DNA from: Nitrospirota bacterium
GTDB taxonomy: Bacteria > Nitrospirota > UBA9217
Direction: 5' to 3'
Length of the DNA stretch: 64,000 nt
Assembly (NCBI GenBank): GCA_963740085.1
Contig: CAVUCU010000001.1
Coordinates: 544,001 to 608,000 of the forward strand
Position 1 is the first letter of the stretch, and each line of letters opens with the position of its first letter. The position numbers and the translations under genes were made by a program. Shown piece by piece: positions 58,395-64,000 of the stretch. The notes below the pieces were generated by a model that was not told the origin of the DNA, did not search any database, and saw only the letters and a program-made list of their open reading frames with translations.

Positions 58395-59744
58395 CTACCG
58401 TTCCCTCGGGATCCCCCACTTCTTTCTCTTCTCCCAGAGCGATTTCCGGGTGATCCAGAGCATGTCCGCAAGCTGCTGTTCGTTGAACTGGCCCTGGTAT
58501 CTCTGGATGAATGCCTTGGTGTATTCCTCGATGGAAAGCTTTTTGTCAAAGACCTCCGCCTCGAACGATGCCGCCGCCGTGAGCCCCGCGGGCAGATGTG
58601 CGGGGGCGATGACGTCGCCGTCGGAAACAAGGATGGCGCGCTCGATGACGTTCTGGAGCTCACGGACGTTCCCCGCCCACTCGTAGTTCATCATGAGCTC
58701 CAGGGAATCGGGCGCGAGCTCTTTGACGGGTCTCCCCATCTCGTGAGAGTATTTCTCCAGATAGTGCGTTACCAGCGCCTTGATGTCTTCTTTCCGTTCC
58801 CGGAGCGGCGGGATCTGGAGCGAGATGACATTGATCCGGTAATAGAGGTCCTCGCGGAAGGCGTTCTGCTTTACCGCTGTCTTCAGGTCCTTGTTCGTCG
58901 CGGTGATGAACCGGATGTCGACCTTGCTGCCTTTGGTGCTGCCGACGGGGCGGATCACCTGGTCTTCGATGACCCGGAGCAGTTTGGCCTGGAGCGAGAG
59001 GCTCATGTCGCCGATCTCGTCGAGGAACACGGTGCCGCCCTCGGCTTCTTCGAGGATGCCTTTCTTGGTGGCGACCGCGCCGGTAAAGGCCCCGCGCACG
59101 TGGCCGAAAAGCTCGGTCTCGAGCAGGTTCTCGGGGATCGCGGAGCAGTTGATGGGGACAAAGGGCATGTCGCGGCGGGAGCTGTTGTGGTGGATGACCC
59201 GGGCAAAGAGCTCCTTGCCGGTGCCGGTCTCGCCGAGCAGCAGGACGCTGCTCTTGGCGTCCGTGACCTTCCGGACCTCGTCGAGGATGGCCCGAAGCGC
59301 CGGGCTCTCGCCGATGATGCTGCTGAAGTCGTGCTCCTTCCCGATCTCGCGCTTGAGCAGCACGTTCTCGGCCTGGAGGCTCTTCTGACGGAGGGCGTTC
59401 CGGACGACCTGCTTGATCTCTTCGTGGATGACCGGCTTCATGATGTAGTCGTAGGCGCCCGCGCGGAGCGCTTTGATGGAGGTGTCGAGCGACGCATAGG
59501 CGGTGACGACGATGACGATCTGGTCCGGGTCCTGTTCCCGCACCCGGGTGAGCATCTCGATGCCGTCCATGCCCGGCAGGATGATGTCCGTCAGGATGAC
59601 GTCGTACACGCCGGTTTCAAGGAGGGCAAGGCCCTTCTCCGCCGACTCGGCGCCGTCCACCGTGTACCCTTCCTTGACAAAGATGCGCTTGATGGACTCA
59701 CGCAGCGTCTCCTCGTCTTCTACGATCAAGATGTTCCTGGACAT
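58395..59744 (-). CDS. Sigma54-dependent response regulator (AtoC/PilR-like)
   Basis: REC (VEDE, LTDI), GETGTGKE, GAFTGA, FLDEIG, GNVREL. Confidence 0.92.
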   Translation of the reverse strand: MSRNILIVEDEETLRESIKRIFVKEGYTVDGAESAEKGLALLETGVYDVILTDIILPGMDGIEMLTRVREQDPDQIVIVVTAYASLDTSIKALRAGAYDYIMKPVIHEEIKQVVRNALRQKSLQAENVLLKREIGKEHDFSSIIGESPALRAILDEVRKVTDAKSSVLLLGETGTGKELFARVIHHNSSRRDMPFVPINCSAIPENLLETELFGHVRGAFTGAVATKKGILEEAEGGTVFLDEIGDMSLSLQAKLLRVIEDQVIRPVGSTKGSKVDIRFITATNKDLKTAVKQNAFREDLYYRINVISLQIPPLRERKEDIKALVTHYLEKYSHEMGRPVKELAPDSLELMMNYEWAGNVRELQNVIERAILVSDGDVIAPAHLPAGLTAAASFEAEVFDKKLSIEEYTKAFIQRYQGQFNEQQLADMLWITRKSLWEKRKKWGIPRER

Positions 59745-59764
59745 CGAAGCCTCATTCTTTTTTT

Positions 59765-59883
59765 ATCCGCAGATTACGCAGATTTCGCAGATGGAGGTCA
59801 GGATAAAATATTTTATTGCTTTACGTCCTGACTAAAGAGTCATTTCTTTTGTTTTTTCTGCGTATTCTGCGTAATCTGCGGAT
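59765..59883. repeat. Palindromic nonamer-repeat element (CGCAGAT-type)
   Basis: ATCCGCAGATTACGCAGATTTCGCAGA ... TCTGCGTATTCTGCGTAATCTGCGGAT. Confidence 0.8.
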
Positions 59884-59940
59884 CACCGACCGTCGTCTTG
59901 CTTGCATGCAGTGCCAGTTACTGCGGGATCGGGTATCAAA

Positions 59941-60423
59941 CTACCTCCCGAACCTCTTCTTCAACTTCGCCACCACCACCGCCGGCACAAGGCTCGACAC
60001 GTCGCCGCCGTAACTCGCGGCCTCCTTCACAATGGTAGAGGTAATGAACGAATATTCTTCACTCGGCATCAGGTACACCGTTTCAATAGTGTTGTCAAGC
60101 CTGCGGTTCATGAGGGCCATCTGCAGTTCATACTCGAAATCTGAAACCGCACGCAGACCCCGGATAATGCCGACCGCCCTCTTCTTTTTGACATAATCAA
60201 CGAGCAGGCCGTCAAACCCCTCGATCACGATGTTCTCATGCTTGCCCATTGCTTTTTTGAACAGGGCAACGCGCTCTTCAAGAGAAAAAAGCGGCGCCTT
60301 CCTGGGGTTCTCCGCGACGGCTACGATGACCGTGTTGAATATTCTCAGGCTTCGTTCAACGAGATCGATATGCCCGTTCGTGACGGGATCGAAGGTTCCG
60401 GGGTATACAGCGACGCGTTTCAT
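59941..60423 (-). CDS. coaD: Phosphopantetheine adenylyltransferase
   Basis: YPGTFDP.TNGH, RGLRAVSDFEYE. Confidence 0.97.
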   Translation of the reverse strand: MKRVAVYPGTFDPVTNGHIDLVERSLRIFNTVIVAVAENPRKAPLFSLEERVALFKKAMGKHENIVIEGFDGLLVDYVKKKRAVGIIRGLRAVSDFEYELQMALMNRRLDNTIETVYLMPSEEYSFITSTIVKEAASYGGDVSSLVPAVVVAKLKKRFGR

Positions 60424-60443
60424 GGCAGCTCCTTCAATAAAGT

Positions 60444-60540
60444 GGTCAGGAGCCAGGAGTCAGTATTCAGAAGAGACCTAACCTCATGATGAAAAACCTG
60501 ACTACCGAATGCTCCTGACTTCTGACTACGGACTCCTGAA
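60444..60540. repeat. Palindromic heptamer-repeat element (AGTCAGG-type), overlapping the rsmD stop
   Basis: GGTCAGG-AGCCAGG-AGTCAGT-ATTCAGA ... CTCCTGA-CTTCTGA-CTACGGA-CTCCTGA. Confidence 0.7.
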
Positions 60541-61071
60541 TCTATAAAATGCCAGCACCGTATCGCCATACTTCGCTTCTCGATAAAGCGTCAGACCGCC
60601 GGCACTCGCGGGTGACAATTGCTTCTTAAAGTGTTCGGCGATCACGATCGAATCAGGCTTCAGGATCCCCGCCCCTGCGATCAGTTCGAGCAAGGGCTGC
60701 ATCTCATCCGCGTACGGCGGATCCAGGAACACGATATCGTATGACCCGGACGGTTTTTTCAGGAATGACTCGACCTTCGACAGCACGGCCTGCGACCGAT
60801 CTTCGAAACCGGTCTGTTCGATGTTTTGCTTGACCACATTTAAAGAAGCACGCGACGCGTCAACGAAGACCACGCGACCCGCCCCGCGGCTGAGCGCCTC
60901 GATACCGATGCCGCCCGCGCCGGCAAAAAGATCAAGGAACAAAGAATCGGCCATCCTCTCCCCGAGGATGTTGAACAAGGCCTGTTTCACCTTGTCGGAC
61001 GTGGGTCTCACGCGGGACCCCGCAGGCGCCTTCAATCGGCGTCCTCTTCCTGTTCCTCCCGTCACTCTCAT
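60526..61071 (-). CDS. rsmD: 16S rRNA m2G966 methyltransferase
   Basis: MRVTGG..RPTSDKVKQALFN, LDLFAGAG, EALSRGA, DPPY; upstream of coaD. Confidence 0.93.
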   Translation of the reverse strand: MRVTGGTGRGRRLKAPAGSRVRPTSDKVKQALFNILGERMADSLFLDLFAGAGGIGIEALSRGAGRVVFVDASRASLNVVKQNIEQTGFEDRSQAVLSKVESFLKKPSGSYDIVFLDPPYADEMQPLLELIAGAGILKPDSIVIAEHFKKQLSPASAGGLTLYREAKYGDTVLAFYRFRSP

Positions 61072-61089
61072 CACTAGCTCACACAAGCG

Positions 61090-61154
61090 ATGCTACAGAA
61101 AAACTCATTCTGAGTCAAGCATTTCTTGACACTCATGGACAATGCGGATATACT
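61090..61154. promoter_or_regulatory. Back-to-back sigma70 promoters (rsmD / nfeD)
   Basis: + strand TTGACA-N17-TATACT (61126-61154); - strand TTGACT-N17-TAGCAT (61118-61090). Confidence 0.65.
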
Positions 61155-61178
61155 TTTTCCATCTCTGAAAGGCATCCC

Positions 61179-62546
61179 ATGCGCTTACAAACGCGGTTCA
61201 TTCTTCTCTTTTCTCTTCTCCTGATCGTTGCCGGCGCGTTCGTTCTTGCGGTCGCTGCGGACACGAAGGTGCCGATAAATATCAACAAGCCGGCTCCCCC
61301 CGCGGCCGCGTCAGTTCCCTCCGCAAAGAAGATACACGTGATCGAGGTCGACGCGCCCATCACGCCCGTGGTTGCCGAGTACATTATTAAGTCCATTGAC
61401 CGCGCGGCGAAGGCTGATGCCGAGGCGATCATCATCCAGCTGAACACCCCCGGCGGTCTCGTAGACTCCACCCAGCAGATCGTGATGAAGATGATGGCCT
61501 CCGAAGTTCCGACCGTCGTCTACGTGGCGCCGAGCGGGGCCCGGGCCGCCTCCGCCGGCGTGTTCATCACGCTCGCCGCCAACATCGCGGCCATGGCGCC
61601 GACCACGCATATCGGTGCGGCCCATCCCGTCCAGATGCAGGGCAAGATGGACGAAACCATGGAGAAGAAGGTCGTGAACGACCTTGCCGCCTTTGTACGC
61701 GGTATCGCGGAAAAGCGGGGCAGGAATGTGAAGTGGGCGGAGGATGCCGTGCGGCACAGCGTTTCCATCACCGAGACCGAAGCCCTCAAGAAGAAGGTGA
61801 TCGATCTCGTCGCTCCCGATATCCCCTCGCTCGTCAAGGCGATCAACAACAAAACCGTTGACCTGGTCATCGGGAAAAGGACGCTCAAGACCGCCGGCGC
61901 CGAAGTGGTCATGATGAAGATGGGGCTCCGCAGCAAGCTCCTCGGCATCATCAGCAATCCCAACATCGCCTATATCCTCATGATCCTCGGGTTCTACGGC
62001 CTTTACTTCGAACTCTCGAACCCCGGCGCCATCTTCCCCGGCGTGGCCGGCGCCATCTGCCTCATCCTTGCCTTCTACGCCCTCCAGACCCTGCCGATCA
62101 ACTACGCGGGGCTCCTGCTCATTATCCTCGCCATCGCGCTGTTCATTGCGGAAGCCTTCATCACGAGCCACGGGGTCCTCGGCGTCGGCGGGACCATCGC
62201 CATGCTCATGGGCTCGGTCATGCTCATCGACTCCCCTGACCCGTCGCTTCAGATCTCATGGGCAGTGATCGTCCCCGTCGTGGGACTGTCGGCATTGCTG
62301 TTCATCATTACCGTCACCGTCGCTCTCCGGGTGCACCGGGAAAAGACCGATACGGGCAAGGAAGGGCTCATCGGAAAACAGGCGCGGGCGAGATCGGAAC
62401 TTAATCCCACGGGCCTGGTGTTCATCCACGGCGAAAACTGGACCGCGCGGAGCGACGAGCCCGTTCATAAAGGCGAGAAGGTGATCATCGTCGGCATGGA
62501 CGGACTTACCCTCATCGTGAGGAAAACGGAGAACAATGAGAAATAG
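61179..62546 (+). CDS. nfeD: NfeD long-form membrane-bound serine protease
   Basis: LNTPGG, RAASAG, IGAAHP, TM region, C-terminal OB domain (GENWTA). Confidence 0.92.
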   Translation: MRLQTRFILLFSLLLIVAGAFVLAVAADTKVPININKPAPPAAASVPSAKKIHVIEVDAPITPVVAEYIIKSIDRAAKADAEAIIIQLNTPGGLVDSTQQIVMKMMASEVPTVVYVAPSGARAASAGVFITLAANIAAMAPTTHIGAAHPVQMQGKMDETMEKKVVNDLAAFVRGIAEKRGRNVKWAEDAVRHSVSITETEALKKKVIDLVAPDIPSLVKAINNKTVDLVIGKRTLKTAGAEVVMMKMGLRSKLLGIISNPNIAYILMILGFYGLYFELSNPGAIFPGVAGAICLILAFYALQTLPINYAGLLLIILAIALFIAEAFITSHGVLGVGGTIAMLMGSVMLIDSPDPSLQISWAVIVPVVGLSALLFIITVTVALRVHREKTDTGKEGLIGKQARARSELNPTGLVFIHGENWTARSDEPVHKGEKVIIVGMDGLTLIVRKTENNEK

Positions 62547-62615
62547 ACCTTTGTCTTTTTATCTTCCGAAATGCACATCTGCGGTTCTCTCTAATCTCTA
62601 ACAAGGAGGCGTACA

Positions 62616-63389
62616 ATGCAAGTTTACGGGCTTGGGTTCATGATTTTCATTTTTTTAGGCGGGTTCTTTCTCTTTAACACGCTCAAGATCCTGAAACAAT
62701 ACGAGCGGGGCCTTATCTTCACCCTCGGCAAGGTCAGCCTGGAGCACGGCGTGAAGGGACCGGGACTGATCGTGCTGCTTCCCGGCATCCAGAAAATGGT
62801 GCGGGTGAGCCTGCGGACCGTGACCATGGACGTCCCGTCGCAGGACGTGATCACCAAGGACAACGTTACCGTGAAGGTGAACGCCGTGGTCTACTTCCGG
62901 GTCATTGACCCGCGCAAGGCCGTTGTCGAGGTCGAGGATTTCTACTACGCGACGTCGCTTATCGCCCAGACCACGCTCAGGAGCATCCTCGGCCAGAATT
63001 CCCTCGACGACCTGCTCTCGAACCGCGAGGCCATCAATGTCGAGCTGCAGAAGGTGATCGATGACCAGACAGAGCCGTGGGGTGTGAAGGTGACCACGGT
63101 CGAGGTGAAGAACGTCGACCTGCCGGCCGAGATGCAGCGCGCGATCGCGATCCAGGCCCAGGCGGAGCGGGAACGCCGGGCGAAGATCATCCATGCCGAA
63201 GGCGAACTCCAGGCATCGGCAAAGCTGGGTGAAGCGGCAGCGGTCATCAGCAAGAACCCGATCGCGCTCCAGCTCCGGTACCTCCAGACACTCACCGAGA
63301 TCGGTACGGAAAAAAACACGACCATCGTGTTTCCTTTGCCGATCGATATTTTCACGGCGTTCCAAAAGCTGGTGGACAAGCAGACCTAG
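62616..63389 (+). CDS. Slipin / SPFH (stomatin-like) protein
   Basis: [36 protein letters not shown]; paired with nfeD. Confidence 0.93.
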   Translation: MQVYGLGFMIFIFLGGFFLFNTLKILKQYERGLIFTLGKVSLEHGVKGPGLIVLLPGIQKMVRVSLRTVTMDVPSQDVITKDNVTVKVNAVVYFRVIDPRKAVVEVEDFYYATSLIAQTTLRSILGQNSLDDLLSNREAINVELQKVIDDQTEPWGVKVTTVEVKNVDLPAEMQRAIAIQAQAERERRAKIIHAEGELQASAKLGEAAAVISKNPIALQLRYLQTLTEIGTEKNTTIVFPLPIDIFTAFQKLVDKQT

Positions 63390-63421
63390 AGGAGATGATC
63401 GGATTTCAGATCAACCCGGGG

Positions 63422-63450
63422 AAGGCGGCCATCAATGGCCGCCTTTTTTT
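63422..63450 (+). terminator. Intrinsic terminator of nfeD-slipin
   Basis: AAGGCGGCCAT/ATGGCCGCCTT stem followed by a T-run. Confidence 0.8.
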
Positions 63451-63629
63451 ATGCGCGAACACCCGGGATAAAACGAGGTATAATGTCGGTAGGAGAGATC
63501 GGAGCGGGGATCGAAGTCTTGAAAAATCAGGGTACTTCGCGGAACGTTGAAACGCCGCGAGTGTCATGTCACGACATGCTGCGCGCAAGGCATCAACGTC
63601 CACGCGTTTCTTACCCCTGATCCGGTTGG

Positions 63630-63770
63630 TCAGGGGTGTGGCGGCAGTGGCAATCCGTGATGGGGCCCCGGCAAACCGGGTCCGTGACGAAACGGAAAGC
63701 AGGATGAAAGCGAAAGGACAAATACCAACAAAACAAGAACTAATGCCGTTATTCGGAATCTTTTTTTCAT
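63630..63770 (-). CDS. Unannotated 46-aa His/Pro-rich lipoprotein
   Basis: Hand translation MKKRFRITALVLVLLVFVLSLSSCFPFRHGPGLPGPHHGLPLPPHP*; AGGAGGAG RBS; lipobox LSSC. Confidence 0.7.
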   Translation of the reverse strand: MKKRFRITALVLVLLVFVLSLSSCFPFRHGPGLPGPHHGLPLPPHP

Positions 63771-63966
63771 GATACTCCTCCTTTTCGGGAATACATTGAA
63801 TGGACTAATTTATCATACTTACAACATCTTTACAACTATCCTGAAACAAGAACCGGCAAGGATTTTTTTCCTGGTGCCATCAGGATGAAGAAACCGTTAA
63901 CGTGATAATATAATAAATGTTCGACGCGGGAAATGAATCACATACGATTTACCTGGAGGAGGCACA

Positions 63967-64000
63967 ATGAAAATGATCATTCTTTCAATGATGGGGCTGT
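63967..64000 (+). CDS. 5' fragment of a CDS running off the window
   Basis: GGAGGAGG RBS then ATG AAA ATG ATC ATT CTT (signal-peptide-like). Confidence 0.5.
   Translation, partial: MKMIILSMMGL

Noticed and set aside
58114-58419. Short ORFs on both strands between the TPR gene and the response regulator
   Set aside because: No recognisable motif; they overlap neighbouring genes.
49853-59883. CRISPR array suggested by recurring repeats
   Set aside because: Repeats are dispersed inverted arms, not direct repeats with regular spacers; no cas genes.
63655-63720. c-di-GMP-I riboswitch-like GGCAAACC (similar GGCAAA near 44650)
   Set aside because: The second GCAAAGC stem is missing, and the 63.6-kb site is explained as the antisense of a small lipoprotein CDS.

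Overview
Core-chromosome window from an anaerobic, Gram-negative bacterium. A Nitrospirota- or Desulfobacterota-like lineage is inferred from gene content and is not proven. Most genes lie on the minus strand. Contents in order: lptE-leuS; der; a csp-RRM-rpsU trio; a type IV pilus pilMNOPQ operon led by a tiny MerR-like HTH gene and followed by two Ig-fold lipoproteins; a five-gene NuoE/NuoF/Fe-S/NuoG-like + CooS cluster (candidate electron-bifurcating CO dehydrogenase); glgC; pepA; rlpA; apt; split class I fumarase and mdh; a CNNM/CorC protein; a PilB/GspE ATPase; proS-ispG-rseP-dxr-cdsA-uppS; GH57; an ABC exporter; two sigma54 response regulators; a frameshifted cysteine desulfurase; cysK; recN; coaD-rsmD; and nfeD-slipin. 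I saw no rRNA, tRNA, CRISPR array or transposase. The main non-coding signal is about 18 dispersed elements built from short 7-, 8- or 9-nt degenerate tandem units, most arranged as imperfect palindromes in intergenic gaps. Several are read into protein sequence. All calls come from motif recognition by eye; no searches were run.
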